Source: Klebsormidium nitens (lineage: Eukaryota > Plantae > Klebsormidiophyceae). From it: a DNA stretch of 64,000 nt. Below the pieces are notes generated by a model, which searched no databases, was not told the DNA's origin, and was given only the letters and a program-made list of their open reading frames with translations. The stretch spans positions 186,001-250,000 of the forward strand of contig DF236955.1 in assembly GCA_000708835.1 (NCBI GenBank), given 5' to 3'. Shown here in pieces: positions 22,737-37,700 of the stretch. The stretch's first letter is position 1. Every line of letters begins with the position of its first letter. The translations under genes were made by a program, and so were the position numbers.

Positions 22737-25700
22737 CTACCCGTTGAATTTAAAAAACTTGGTCTGGTACTCCAGCGCCAGCCGCTCAAACGCCGCCACC
22801 ACTGGATCCCCTCGCCCTAGTTCCTCCTCCTCAGGGCCCAGCTTCCCGAGCGCCGTTGCGATCGTCCGCAGCACCATCACGAAAGTCTTGAGCCCCTCAT
22901 ACGCGTCCCCCTCCAAAAGGCCGTTTCCGGCCACCAGCGCCTCCTTCTGTCCGTGCGCGAAGAAGTCTAGGACGTACGCGTTCAGCCGGACGGCCACGTG
23001 GGCGGAGCCCGCCGTGTCCAGCACGGGCATCGCGGACTCGTTCACGTGGAGGCCCGTCCGCACGTGCCGGACGAGGTCACGTGCCGTCCGGAAGCGGTCG
23101 CCGCAGCCGGACAGCGCGACGAAGGGCGAGCAGGCGGAGAAGATCACGGCGTCGCGGCGCAGGCTGCCAAGCAGAGGGGTGACTCGCTGCTGCCGGGATG
23201 ATGACGTCAGGCGCGGGGCGGCCGCGCGGACGCCATCACTCTTCTGCAGCAGGCGGGAAGGGAGGGCTTTTCCAAAGTCAATTGCGCTCTGTCATCAGAC
23301 GATGAATTACTTGTAGATTGTCATCCGGTATGTTGAAGAGATAGAGAATTCCGGCAGAGCCACTTGAATGACGGCTGCCAAACGAAGTTGAACGACGCAT
23401 TGGGCCTGATAATTCCGTCAAAATGCGTTTCCAAAACGAAATGCTCAGGGATTTCAAAGACGTCATCCAGCATCAAAATCGTTCGCGAGTCCAGCCCCAC
23501 GAGTACAGTACTCCAGAACAATTTTAACATTCAAAATGGATACTTAGACCGGAATGTCCAGGCAACCAGTCGCATGACTGCAAAAGAAGGTCGGTCTTCC
23601 GACTTTGATCTGATTAGCCCGCTACAAACATTCCAAAAGAGTGACATCTCACAATAAATGAAAGGAGACGAACCTTAAGGCTTGGGTACCCAATGCCGGA
23701 CACGGGCAGGACACACGGGTCCGGCAGGGTGTCCGCATGCGCCCGAGCGTACGAGACGATGTACTGCGAAAACGTCCGCAACGCCTCGTCGTTGTGCGCC
23801 GCAAGCGCGCTCTCGATGAATGGGGGCAGCGGCGGCAGCACGATCATTGACGGGGACTGGTTCTGCTTGGCCCGCTTTGCCTGGCAAGGAGAGCGGAAAA
23901 AGACCTTCAGCGTCCAGTAGACATTCAGTGGGCTGTTCTTTTGCGGTCTTGAAAGGTGATCATGAATCTGATTTTAGGGTTGCGTGTGACACGGGTTTTG
24001 CAATGTGTCGATGTGCCTGCAGACTGAGTCCGACTTGGAAGCACTTCCAGAAGCAAATGGAAGTCTACAGGATACCTTGACGAACGTGAATGGAAATCGC
24101 TTAGTCACCCGTTCATAAGGTTTCGAGGATTACATTTGAATCTCCCTCGTCCTTCCGAAACAGATAAGCGAAGTCGAGAGTCTGCTTGTCCACGCCAGAA
24201 TCTACATGTTTGACAGCTCTGCTGCCTGGACTTAGAAGGAGTTTGCGTATGAACGTCACTTCTTTTCGGAGATCCGTCTCACCATGAGTGGGTGGAGCCG
24301 CTTGCGCATAAACATGTGTGCGCAGATGAGCAGCAACTCCCGGGACACCGTGTACCAGCCCCGGTCGTCGCAAACCTGGAACGGAAGAGAAGCGTCGCAA
24401 AGCTTGTCAACCTAACGATTTCTTTCGTCGTTCAACCGTTCAAGGCCGTAGCGGATTGACCGTATATCAATCGGAGCACGAGTTGAGAGTAGGGCATACG
24501 TTCAATTTACGGATGCTCTTTGTCATGAGCAAACTCTGCTAATCTTTATATAGATTCTTGAGGATCAGTTTGCAGCTTTAGCGAGGTGCCAGATCCAGAT
24601 TTGATCTTTCGGTATCCTTTTCTAGCGTCTGGAGGGGCCCCTTAGTTTGGATTGTTTTTAGAAAGATACTGAAGCCCTTTGGAGTTACTAAAATCGCTTC
24701 ACACCTGGTGAAACAGCCCGTTTCGTAGGAGGTAGACGAAGGCCATGTTGGCGGGCTCGCTCCAGAAGAGGTGCACCGCCAGTCCGGCCAGGCCCAGCGG
24801 GCGGCCCACCGTGCTCAGCAGCTGCGCGCGCATCAGGAGCTCCAGGGAGAAGCGGAAGAGGTGCTGCGCGCGCAAGAAACAGGGGCTGTTTGAATTTTTG
24901 AGAATTTCTAGAAGGGCCACCAGACGATCCAAGTGACTGTGCAAGCCGCTCTTGATCTCGAGAACCATATGCAAAGGAGCAGACGGTGCTTAGTCGTGGT
25001 TCTGAGCTACATGAGGAGGCCATGGTCAAATCATCTGATAATGAGAGCCTATGAGCGGCTCCCAGGGCTTTTAAAGAGTCCTCAGACTGTTTCAATTGTA
25101 AAACTTGACGAGATGATATGCCATTTGCGAAGGCTGGTGTCAGGCAGTAACCCAGCAAATTCCTGCATAAGCGACTGCCTCCCCTCTCGATACGTTCAGG
25201 TTCTCTGCTCGTCACTACAAATTACACCACTCTGGCGGCGTAAAGGCTTGCTTAAGCTGCTGAGACGGTTCATAGATTAACAACTAATCGAAGCTGCAAA
25301 AGAACGAGCAAGATGCGCGGTTATCCTACCTTCATCTGCTGGCGCAGCTCGGGGCGTCCCCCGGACGCATACAGCGGATTTGACAAGAGCCGGACCATTG
25401 CGTCCCGGGTACTCTCCCGGCCGACCACTCCGGTGGCTTCCAGAAGCAGCAGCCGGAGCACCAGGGTAACGGAAAGAGGAAAATGACCTGGGCGAAAGAG
25501 CACGACACACATGAGGTCAGAAGCGTGCCGTAAAACGTGGTCGTTTTTAACGTTCCCCGATAAAGAACGCGGCCCGGACTGGATGCGGACGTTTTGATCG
25601 AAGATAAGGATTTTCGCTATGGCTTTCATGTTCGTAGCTACTGCCGTTGCTTCTCATGTTCCTAGGTGATTTTGCAGCTCAAAGTCGTTACCAAAAAAGC

Positions 25701-28700
25701 AGACAACGCCCTTTATTCTCTTCTCCAAGGACACTGTGACAAGTAAGGTTGAGTTCGAAGGAAACTTTCTCATGCAGATTAAAGTAGCCCTATGCTCGAC
25801 GAAGTCTTTCAATCTTTTTTGGTGGTTCTTTGCAGTCAAAGCGTTTTCAGGTCCTACCTCTGAGGTCGGGCACCGCTGACGTCAGCAGGCTCTTGAGCTT
25901 GTCCGTGGGGACCCCGAAGAAGACGACACGGCCGACGCTGTCAAACCCGCGGCGGCCCGCGCGGCCGCTCATCTGACGGAACTGGAGCGGGTCCAAGAAG
26001 CTGGCGAGCAGAGATGTGATGATCAGTTGTGAAAGTAAAGCGGTGGTGTTGAAAAGGCGAACATTCCGCTCGAAATTCAGCATCTTGTGCCTTTGGATGT
26101 TGAGTCTCCGTCATCCGAAAGCTATTAGTGGCCTGGGTTGTTGATGTTTCAAAGGTCCGACAGCCGTCCGGAAACCCTGGTACTCAGAAACGTTTGAGAC
26201 TTTCAATGTCCACTCACTTGCAAGTAGCTGACTGACAGCTGTTTGGCGGCAGCCCAAATAAAGATTCAAAGCGTTCAGTTCTTGAGCGGTGAAGTGTAGC
26301 AAGAGCCTACAAAAGGGATCGTAGAATCCATGCGTCAGTCAGCGGGATCCAACTCCTTTGAAAACGGGGCGCAGTGGCGGTGATCAGTAAGCTTTTGCTA
26401 GAGGGTCAATCCAAGCAGGCTGCAACAATCTCTCTCATTCGACCTTCCAGAAAAGTTACGTGGGCGCTTGAAGTCTTTGTAGCAGACCATTCATGCTGTT
26501 CATTGAAGGTAGGCAACCCGCATCGACCGGTCTAACTACTCATAAAGCATGCAGCTAAGGACTAGAGCCCCGTGGATCCGAGAAACATATAATGCGAAGC
26601 AGACGCCCAACCAGAATGATCGTAGTCAGGATCTTTTACGAAGTGCTCACATCGAGTCGCCTGCAAAGACCACCGTGCTGCAAGGCATGTTGATTCCGTA
26701 CGCCAGAGTTCCGGTGGCGAACACCACCTGGACAAAGAAACAGGTCAGTACCCAGCTTCCTCTTGCGTGATGGGTGTCGTCTGATTCTCAATTCTGTGAC
26801 CTTGAGTTCCAAAAGCAGAGAATGTAAACTACTCTCACTAATCAAACTGACGAACACCACTGCAAAGGCATCTCGTCCCACACATATCTTTAAGCACACC
26901 ACCGTGACTGAACCAAAGTGTTTTTAGAAACCAGTGGATTCTCCAAGGGACCGTTACTGGAGTTTGCGAATGCGGCGCTCACCCGCAGGTGCTTGGCTCG
27001 GAAGAGGATCTCGACCACCTGCCGGTACTTGGTTGACAGCCCGGCGTGGTGCACACCGACCCCCCGGATGAGGCCCCGGATCAGAAAGTGGTCTAAACCC
27101 TCGTCGAAGCTCTCAATCACCGGGTCCAGCAGCTCCTGCAAGGAGAACAAGTTTCTTCGTTCAGCGCGTAGTTTCCACTCTTGTATATGAAACTTGGCTT
27201 TTTCCCACTAAGGAATTTCAAGGTTCAGGCAGGAAGCTGATCTAGCAGAATAACTGCAACACACAGGGAGTTGGAAGATTATGTATCTGGTTAGAAAGTG
27301 AACCCAGAGGGAGTTAACCACGATCACCCAGTATTGTGCGGAAGTTGTAGTGCATTTGATCTGAGCACGTTACAATGATGCAAGACCGGCAAATGAACCC
27401 GAAAAAGAAATGTAAAATTGCTAAAAGTACATAGAATTTGGAGTGACGTACCCTGAGTTCTTCAAGCGGCATCCGCTCGCGCGTCTTGACAAAGGTAAAA
27501 TCTGCATTGCACAGGAGCTCGTCTTCCTCTTCGGCAATCGCAAAGCCCTGGTCTTCATCGTCGCCACGATTGTGCTTTGCTTTGTCGCGCCTTTGCTTGT
27601 CTTCTTTCCGCTTCCGCTCGAGGAGCTGCGACTTGACTTTGTCAGCCGACCGGTCGCCGAACTGCATAAAAGGTAGAGAAACGAATGTGTTTTACAACAG
27701 GATAGAGCCACTTTACTGTTACTGATTACAGCATAGAGCCAAAAAAAATGCCATTGGTGCTTGCGGATTGTCCTGATAAGATAATCAGAGATAGTTGAAG
27801 CCTCTGATCATCCACAAAGCAATTTGATAAGCAGCTAGCGCGTCTTGAGATTCCGCAAGTTTTCGCTCGAGAAGCTGTTCTTACTTTAGCACCGCCAGAC
27901 AAGATGCTACTGTGCTAAGACGAGAAACAGGGGCTCTAGTCAGGCACAACGTCCTCTACTCGTCATTGTGACCACAACAATAAAAGGAAGTGAAAACGCT
28001 CCAGAAATCCCCTGACAATTGGCCAATAGGTTGGACTGACCCAGACGCTGCTGCCTTCGCACTAGGCTACTCAAAGAAACTCTTTTCACCGAAAGCCCTC
28101 GACGTTCGCCTTCTCAACGTTCCCAGAGAAGTGAAACACTGATTGATGAAGTCTTGCCTTTTCCGCTTCCGCCTCAGCGCGCTCTAGCCGTTCGACAACG
28201 CGGAGCGCCATGTCCATGCACTGCCCGCGGCTGAAGTTGAAAACTAGAGCGGGCAGCCAGTCCTGCGCCGCCAAGCCCAGGAGCAGGCTCATGATGTCCC
28301 GGCCCAGGAAGTCCCGCTCGATCTGCACCCCACGGCTCGCGCACTCCTCCTCAAGTGCGCGCACACGCGCGCTCAGATCTCCGTTGAGCGCGCGCAGAAG
28401 CTCATCCAAAGCGCGAAAGCCGTCGCTTCCGTCGCACTGAGTCCGTTGCGCCAAACTCAGATCGGCTGATCCGGGCGTTTGAAGGAGTCGTCCCTGGACG
28501 GCTTTGGGCCCCTCTCCTTGCGCCGCTGAGCTGCTGACGTCACGTGCCCATATCAGCATCTCTTGCTTCAGCGCGGCCTCGTACTCGCGCACCCGCGGCC
28601 GCGTGATGCGCGCGCTGCCTTGGAAGAATACTTCGGGCGCCAGGGTTCTCTCCAGCCGCAACCGAGCGGTTTCTCTCCAACCGGGTACTCCCCCGGGCTC

Positions 28701-31700
28701 GCCGAACTGTGACGCGGCCCTTCTTTCAGTCACGCCTTCTCCACCGGTCGCGCTCCGCGGAGAGTCGGGGTCCGGGGGGCCTGCCGTGCGCGGCTGACCT
28801 AAGATTGACGTCATTGCATCGAAGAGTTGCAACGTGGCGGGCGGAGAGAGCGACATGTCGCCGGGGAAGCCCTCTTCGCGCAGGCGGTTGGGCTCGAGGC
28901 TGGCAAACGGGTGGAAGGGCCTGGAAAGATACAATAAATCCACCCTTCGTTCTGTTCATAGGAAGGAAAGAATGGTGCGAACTCCCTCAAATTGATGCTC
29001 AAATCGTGAACAGCTTAAGATTGCTGTGTACTGATGGCTTGGGCATCACAATGGCTGAATCTTGACCAACTCTGGGTACCGCAAAACAAAATCTGTTTCC
29101 GAGTCTCCAAAGCAAATCGAAGCAAGACGAGTTTCGTAATGAGTCGGTCTTGGAAGGGTATAGAACGCTCATTGACTGTCTTCTTGACACGGTAAAGAGG
29201 CTCTATCTTAATCCTGGACCCAAACAGACAGACAGATGTTTTGCTTCAAGAAGTCGAATCGTCCAAAGCGAATGCTCATCATACCGGAAAGCGGGAACCG
29301 AAGTCGAGATGATGGCGTTCCGCGCTGGCAGGTCCGCTTCCGGTTCCGTCGAGATCGACTTGGGCAGGTATTGGAATTTCTCCAAGTCGGCATGTCTCTC
29401 GTGATGCTCGATCAAATGAACCTGTGAACCACCAATGATCAGTTGCACGATCTTGCAAAGAGACGGAGGCAACGCTTGCCTGGTCGATGAAACGAAATGG
29501 ACATCCACGGATAAGTTCTCCCCAACGCCTTTTAATCCGGCCAATATAACTTTGAACACACGGTCCTCCTGCTTGTTCTTTACTGGTAATATTATGCTTC
29601 TTAACGATCATACACGGATACTTTTCATTCAACCGGTGAGCATCAGTCATGTCAGCGTGTTTCACATCATGTGAAGGACGCCCTTGCGTCCTCAAATGCC
29701 AGCTCGACAGATCTTCCCGCCTCAAATTCTCTTCCAACTCATCAAACGTGCAAGCGAGCGTAAGGATCATTCTCTTGCTCTCCAAAAACGTACCTTGTAC
29801 TGCCCATCTGTGCCCATATTCCCCCTCGCGGCGTCCTGCCTCTTTTGGTGGTCTTTGGCCCCTTGGAGCCAGCCCTGGAACTCGCGAGGATTGTTGACCG
29901 TCGCGGAGAGCGCCAAAAAGGGACACCGGATCAGCAGCATCAGGTGCTCCCACAGGTCGCCGTTTTCCAGCTCGCCGATGCAGTGAATCTGGTGACAAGG
30001 TACGGAGCTTTTTTATTGTCTGCGACAATTAACTGCTTTACAAAAACCCACTCTTCCAACTTAGCCGCCGCACAGTAGCTTGATGCCAAAGGCAAGAGTC
30101 CATCGTGGCTTTCGATACAACTTGGAAGAACACACATACTCTCCGTCTAATTTGAAAAAACACATACCCTCCGTCTACTTCAAAAGCACCTGTCATCACA
30201 GTCCCTGTTTACAGTGCGAAGGCTTCAAGAGCCCTCCTCTGCGCCAGACTCGCCTTTGAAGATTCTACAAAGAACTGTAATTTTCAGCGTAAAAGCACAC
30301 TTTCCATATGGAAGCAGCCCGGCGCATGAGGTGCAGATTCTCTTACCTCGTCAAAGATGACGTATCTCAGCTTCTCCCGCCATGTGCCGTACGTGGCTGT
30401 GGGCGACAGCAGCAGGATCTCGAGGCAGGCGGGGACGGTCACAAGAACACGCGACTCGAGCGGGCGCACGTAAAAGTCCCGAGTAAACACACCGGGCACG
30501 TCGGCGCCAAAGTCCTGCGCGCGGTGGTCACATTTAAGCCGTGGTCACGAAAAGATGACTCACGATCAGACCTTCCTTCAAAGCTAGCAGTCCAATCCGA
30601 TTCTTGAGGTTCAATCACACACACACGCGTGGGTTGTTTGCATGTCGAGACGGAGCTGCTTTGTGATGTGAGATTCTGATGCTTTTTCTGGTGGGCGCAA
30701 GACACCAAGCAGCAACGCCTTGGAACAACCATTTAAACTCGCTCTGAATGAAGGGATCCTCAATATCGTCAAGTCGACTCGACCTCGCCGCACAGGAAAG
30801 ATATCGATATGCCCATCAGAACAAGCTCTTTTCACACTCCTGAGCGAGTTTTATGTTTTGATGCTTCCTGCGTCGAGCGCCTTCTGCCTGTACAATCATC
30901 GCATAGAAAGGCCGTACACATTGTATTAGCTTCTGACTTCCTGTCCTTATGGCCCCAAAAGACGTAATAGCGCGCGCGCTCGGCTCACCTTGGCCACCTG
31001 CGCGCGCACCTGGTTGACCAGCGCCTTGGTGGGCGCCACGAAAACGACGATGCCGACGTCATCTTCGCTCAGCACGTTGCGCATGCAGTATCCGGAGATG
31101 AGCGTCTTCCCGGACGAGGTCGGCGCGCAAACTAGAGCGGAGCCTTTCGAGTCGACCACGTCCAGCACGCGGCTCTGCCACGGGTCCGCGACCAGGGAGC
31201 CGACGCGCGCGTCGCGCGGCCGCGAGGCGCGCTCGGAGGCGGAGCACCTGAAATAAGGAGGTCGTTGGTTAAGCTTCGTTACGGAGAAATGTAGAGAATC
31301 GAGTGAGTCCGTGAAGGAAGGAAAGAAACAATCCTGTGTTCGCTACCTGAAAAGAAATCACTGACTGGCAAAGTGAAGTTTCCGGGTCGCAATTACAAGG
31401 AATCCTCATGCTATCCTTTACAGAGAGGAACAGAAGATCAAAATAATTATATTTATGGTAGTTCTTACTTCTTCCTATCCCCCAGATCCAGAGGATAACC
31501 TCCTTCGCAAGAAACTGCAGGAACATACACTCAATCTGTGAACCATTCGCTTCGAAGCTGTGGCGAATTCGACACTCACTTCGGAAGGAGATGCCCCATG
31601 TATTGCAGTTGGAACCGTACAGCCGACATGCCCAAAATAAGAGCGCTTTCCGCCGCTCCGGCCTGCCGGGGGGTCGGTTCCGGCTCACTCGCCGAACCCC

Positions 31701-34700
31701 CCTTGGAAGCTCGCCCTTTCTTTCCTTTGGCCTTCTGTTCGCTGGAAGCTTCCGGCGCTGAGATGAGGCCCAGACCGATGTGTCTCGCTTCCTCGTAGAA
31801 CCCAAACGTCTGCAAGATCGTAAAACGGCGGACGTTTCAGACCACAAAATTCCAGAACTGCTTTTGGGAGATTGTCGAATAATCGGATCCGAAAGCGTTT
31901 TAAAAAGGTGGACCGACACCTTTCTGCATGACAAATGGAAATCATAAGAGTTCAATACAATCTTGACCCGAAACACAAGCAGTTCTTCTGCGATCTGATG
32001 ACTCAACGTTCATTGATGCGTCCAGCAGGTGATTGGACACTTGGCAGACTCGAATTGGGCTCAATAGAGGTCCGCTAGAAGATGCTTCCTGTATCACTCC
32101 GCCCCCCAACTCCAGGGACAATAGAGTCAGAAGTATCAACCGCCAAGCGACTCTTCGAGGTACGGATTCACTTGCGAAGCGACCCACCTCAAATGCTTTG
32201 GTGATGCTTCCGACGAGCAGCTTTGCTTCGTCTCCGCCTTGACTTTTGAGCGCGTCGGCATAATCTTCCAAGAGCGTGTGCGCGAGCTGGAAGACCGCGA
32301 CTGCGGGCCACACCCGCGCGGAGTCCGAGCCCTCTGTGAAGGGCTCGCTTATACCCTTCTCGCCGGATCGGGATGGCCTGCAGGCGAGCATATGGTTCAA
32401 GGGGCTATCGTATATCTACTTCGCGCAGAAGATTCGATTCTGCTTTGAGACATCATTTCAGGCTGAGAACACATGTGGGCAACTTCTGCATGATCGGCTG
32501 TCTTTGTCCAAATAAAGCTTCCCGATTCTGCTCTTGACAAAATTAGGAGCAACTTTATCCAGCCAATCGAACAGACGGCCCCCCAATCGCTATTATTACT
32601 GTGGGTTTGCCTCATTTACAGAGAGGCTGCTCCAAATGTTTCAACCGGATTCGAATTGGACGCCTAGCTAAGATTGAACTCTACCTTGATCTTGGTTTTA
32701 GCGGCCCTGCCATGCCTTACCCGGTACGTTTTCTTCCGCCGCCCCTCACTTCTCGCCAGGATTTCATGCATCCCTCCACGTAAATTCCGGCCACGTCAAA
32801 CATCAGGTCCGGAAACGCCCCACACGAGCGCATAAACTCCTCCAGCTCCGCGGCTTCGCGCGCGCTGAGCGCGCGTGCGCCGAGCGCCTTCTGGCGCGCG
32901 TTCCACTGCTCGCGCAGCTTCGCTTTCTCGGTCCCCGCTTTCCTTTCCAGGTTTCCGGCGATGATGAGCTCCTTCTTGCTGGGCGCTTTCGCTTTCTTCC
33001 CGACGGCGACGTCTTTGCGGGAACCGCCAGTCGAGTGGTCGCCAGAAGAACTAGAAGCGGATGGTTTCCCAGCACTCCTGCCCCGCTTGTGTTCAGTGAT
33101 GACGCCCGTCGGCGCGCAGAACTTGGTCCCCGAAAGACTCGCGGCGTAGCGGTGCAGCGCGCGCGCGCTGAATTGCTCGTTGCGCTCGCGCTTCTTTCGG
33201 AGTTCGGCGAGCGCCCACTCCCTGAGAGTGAGGTCCTTCTCGGTGGTCTTGGTCCCGATGTGAAATGCCTCTAGAACCCGCTGGTAGTAGCGACCTCGAA
33301 AGGCTGGGTGGGACATCAGGGACTTCGCGGACATGTTCTGCAGAGACAACAAATTGCTCAATGAGGCAGGGGGTTCTAGAACTAAAGACCCTGGGTTTGG
33401 CAGCAAAAAGGGGGCTGAAAGGATCAGTAAAGAGCGTTACTTGACTTGTTCAGGGGCCCGAACTCTCCCGGTGCATAACGTTAGCCTGCACTTGAATCTG
33501 TTGAGATTTTCTTTGGGACTTATTCACATCTCGAAGTCAGGGTGTCGAGATTAAGGATTTACGGGCCAGAGTCATTGAAGTAGTCGGCCACGTAATCGTT
33601 CTTGCTCTGTAGAATTCAAACGGGTGCCCAAACTCGATTCATTCTCGGTAGCAATTCCACATTTTGATGCTCTGCAATTATCCGCCGTCCTTGCGTTGGT
33701 GGTGCATGACTTGGACTTCCAAATGTTGAGGTTATTTCTGCCATTTTTTCGTTCATTCCGCCTCCGTTCTTCCGTTGTTCCGGTGTCACTCACGTGCACT
33801 TTGGTGTACTCCTTGGACGCCTCCTGCCAGTACGAGTCCTCCAGCGGCTGCCCGGTGTGCCAATGGAACGTCTCGTCAAAGTGCGCGCTCCCGGACCCCA
33901 GCTCGCGCACCACGCGCGCGTCGTCCCGGTAGTGCGGCAGGCTGAGCGCCCCGTCTCCGAGAAAAGCGGTCACCAATTCATTGCCGTGGATGGGCAAGAG
34001 AACGAGGTCGCTCTTTACCTGCAGTGGCAAGTTCTATCTTTTTGATTCTACTCAATCTGCCGCTGATCAGAATGCATGGTGATTTCAGCTTGACCTCGGT
34101 TTGGATGAGGCCTTGAATGAATTGGAACCCGGGCTGGGAGGTCGAAAGGCGAATGCAGATGCAGAACACACGTGGAAGCTCTTGGGGACCTTATTGAGAA
34201 GACATTCTGTCATAATTCTGTGTCAGCGTCCGCATTAATCAGAAAATCTCTCAAAGGGGCGGTCTCCCGACACTGGTTTGTAGTCGAGTCAGCTCTCTTG
34301 CCTGTGGCATCACTTGCACGTTCCGGTCTGCACACGCCCAAATAGGTCCAGAAGGCAAAGAAAGGCCTAAACTCATTGCACGAGTGGTCTCTTCGCACCA
34401 TGTCCGTATTTAACGTACCTCGTTGGCCCCGGCCTTTGCCGCGCAGTCGCACACTTCGAGACAGCGCTCTCCCAGCCCATCTGCAGGTCCGGTCTCCAAA
34501 TCAAAGCCCTGATCGGCGTCGTGTCCCCGGGGCTCTCTTCCAGTCTCCACCCCCGCGGCAAAGAAAGTTCCCGGCTCCTCCACTCTGAGCGCTAACGGGA
34601 ACTCTGGCCCCCTTTCTCCTGCTTCTACTTTTCGAGCCCCAGCGCTGACGACAGCCCACAACCAGCGGACTCTGCACGCCACGTCCTCTGGTACGACGCA

Positions 34701-37700
34701 CGTCCGAACTGCCTTTGCCGATGGTGCTGACGTCACGTCACCGTCAGCGTCCGCCGACAGGTACCTCCGGGCGAGGAAATGGAACAGACGGCCGTCACCG
34801 AAGTCGAGAAGCTCGCACTTCCCTTCCGCTTCCCATTCCGTTGGATTCTCGACTTGGACGGCCGCGCATCGCGAAATGCAGCTTTCCCCGGTGGATTCTA
34901 CCGGGCGAGACGTGACCGATCTCAGCTGCTCGAGCGTCTCCTTGGTTGTGACGTGTAGAAGCTCCCGGTAGATCTGGTCTAGGAAGCGGGAGGATTCTTC
35001 ACGCGGAGAGGCCACGGGCGAGGCCTTCTGGGCGCGCAGTTGGAGCGGCAGGTGCGGCAGAAGAGCCCAGTGGAGAAGAAAGACCGCAACTAAGCCCTGT
35101 AAGTATTTGGAGAGCGAGTCAACGCCTTGACTGTAGAGACTGGAATTTGCTCTCGTGTTTCGAAATGGTTTGGGAAGCAAGACTCATAGTGCACCAGACG
35201 GTCAAATATGATGTAGAGCCCGGTAAGAACAGTGCGTTCGATGTTCTACAGCGTTCAGGTTCGAAACCAGTCTCATTCGGCACATGTGAATCGTCACTTC
35301 AGTCCCTTTCAAAATGGACAGTTCTCTCGACGAAGGCATAAGCTCATGAAGTTCATTGTGCTAAAGGCGTACCGGGCAGGTATTCACGGCTTTCGACTTT
35401 GTAGCATGCGGAGACTCTCTCATGACGCATGACAAACAAGACAGAGGAAAGATTTAACGAACTCACCTCGAGGTTGCGACCCTGTTCCAGGATGCGCGCG
35501 CACGCCCACAAGATGCTCAAAGTCGCCGCGTCCACTGACACCGTTTCTCCATCGTTGCTCTGCATCAATTCGTGCGCGAGACTGCAGGAAAGCTCGAGGA
35601 AGTTCCTAGCGTCCTCTCTGTGCCCTTCCACGCCTGCAAGAATCAGGCGGGACCTTGAAGATAGTTCCTTGTATCGGAAGAGGTTACAAGCTACGTTTTG
35701 CGTCAAGTGTGGGGCTCAATTGTTTCATCACTCCTCCATGAGATTGGGTCCTGTTCGAAGATGCGCCATAGATGTAATACCAGTCAGATAGACGGGAGGA
35801 GCAGCGACATAGGGGGTCGGCACCGTATTTACGACTGCTTTCAGAGACTTAGGCGTGGCTTGATACCCGGTGCTTTTGATCTAGACTTTGTTTCAACGAC
35901 CTCTCGCTCCAAGGGAGGCTCGTTAGCGTTCAAGTGTGGGCGGCTAACTCTTCAAGGAGGGCATTGAAATGACTTAAGCAGATTCACCGACCGTCATCCC
36001 CTGATTCTTGCCCCGCCACTTCCGCGAGGTGCCTCCCCAGCGCTCCGACGTGTCCCTGTGGTAAGCGGCTGGAGGAGCGCGGTCCGAGAGTGAAGGCCAG
36101 GATGGAGTGGTCTTTCGAGGTGCTCTGGTTCAGGAACGCACAGGTCTGCAGGACAGAATGCATCTGTCTTGACGGAGGGTCGTGCCGCAGACTATGGTTC
36201 AAATCATGAGCAATACTTAAGCACTCTGTTTGAAAAGCCGTTATGTAGGGGATACAGTTGCCTTTGCTCTCGGCAGATATGGGGTTTGAATTAGGCATGC
36301 CTTCTAAACAACCGGAGATGATATCCGCGGTCGACTTACCCTCATAAGGCAAAGAAGGAAAGGTCAAAGGACTTGCAATAAACTCCCTTATTCGTAGTAA
36401 GGGGATTTGGGATTCGTAGTAAAAGATCGCCCCCAAAAAAGAGATTGCCTTGCTACTTTTTCCTCGAAGAAGCTGTGCCCTTCTGTCGAGCAGGCTACCA
36501 AGCTAGACTGGACAAGGCCACGAAGAGGATAATCGGAAAAGCCATCCTTGTTTCCCGGGTACCTTGCCGAAGATGTTCACGTCAAGATAACCAACCGTAG
36601 ATTTATGACCTCTGTAAGCAGCCCACAGCTTTGTCCTCCTTTGCTAGGTAGAGCCGCAGTCTTCGAACGTAATTTGATGGGGGTAAACTTTGACCGCGAG
36701 GTACAGCTTGAATTCACGGTAAAACAAAAAGAGGCGGCCTATAACCAGACTGTAAATGCCCACCTGTCCGCTTATCAGAGCATGGACCAGAAAGGAATGC
36801 AGAGCCAGCCGCAGCCTCTCAGCGCGGCTCTTGTTGCGCTCCACCTGTAGGCACAAGATGAAAAGCATCGTCCATCAGCTTTAATCGGAAAGCCTCGTTC
36901 TGCCGTCCCAATCAGGGGATGCTTATGGTGATTTGAAGTAGCATCCTGCTTGATAGTATGAGGCCGGTCGACAGGTCCAGTATTCTCGCTTGCTAGAGAC
37001 CCAATACCCAGTCAATATATACGCACTACTTAAGCAGAGCCCTTCAGCAAAGCTTGCAGGGAAGACGACAAAGTGCTCCGCACTTCAAGGTGACATTGAA
37101 CCAAAGTGCGGCAAGCTCTTCCTCGTGGGTTCTCAAGCTTGATAAATACGAAGGACACCAGTCCTCAGCATTCTAACCAGCCTGACGATTCCACTAAGTC
37201 GTAAGGTTCTACAGCCTTTCCTACATCCGGAAAACGAGGCCATTGGCTAAGGGAGATCTCAAAGGGACTCTTCTCAACCAGAACTGACGAAGCACGGAGT
37301 AGCAGCTCAAGCCTCACGTTGGCTGCAAGTCCGATACCAGGCTTTTACAAGAAACAAAGATGCAGCTTCTCTTTCGAAAAGTTCGTCTTTGATGGAGACA
37401 GAAAGTCGCAAGGTGTAGTTTCATAGCTGCACACCTGTCGCCCTGCCAGGTCGAGATTCGGAACGGACGTCTTTTCTCCGTCGTCGAGGATGAGGAACGC
37501 GGGGGCCAGCCCAGCCATGAAGGCAGCCCACTGGCGGCTCCACCAGTTGTCAATGTCGTCTACGACTTTCACGCCCATGTTCACTGCCACGTGGCGCACA
37601 ACGGCACGTCGCGCCAGCTGCAGTGCTGGGTTGTGCGCGTAGAAGAGCTGCAACGTTTGAAGCAAGGTGTTACAACGGTTCTGGTAGGCTGAGCAAGAGC

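Noticed and set aside
30132-30177. TACyCTCCGTC resembling a Stowaway terminal repeat
   Set aside because: The copies are direct rather than inverted and imperfect; better explained as a local tandem duplication.
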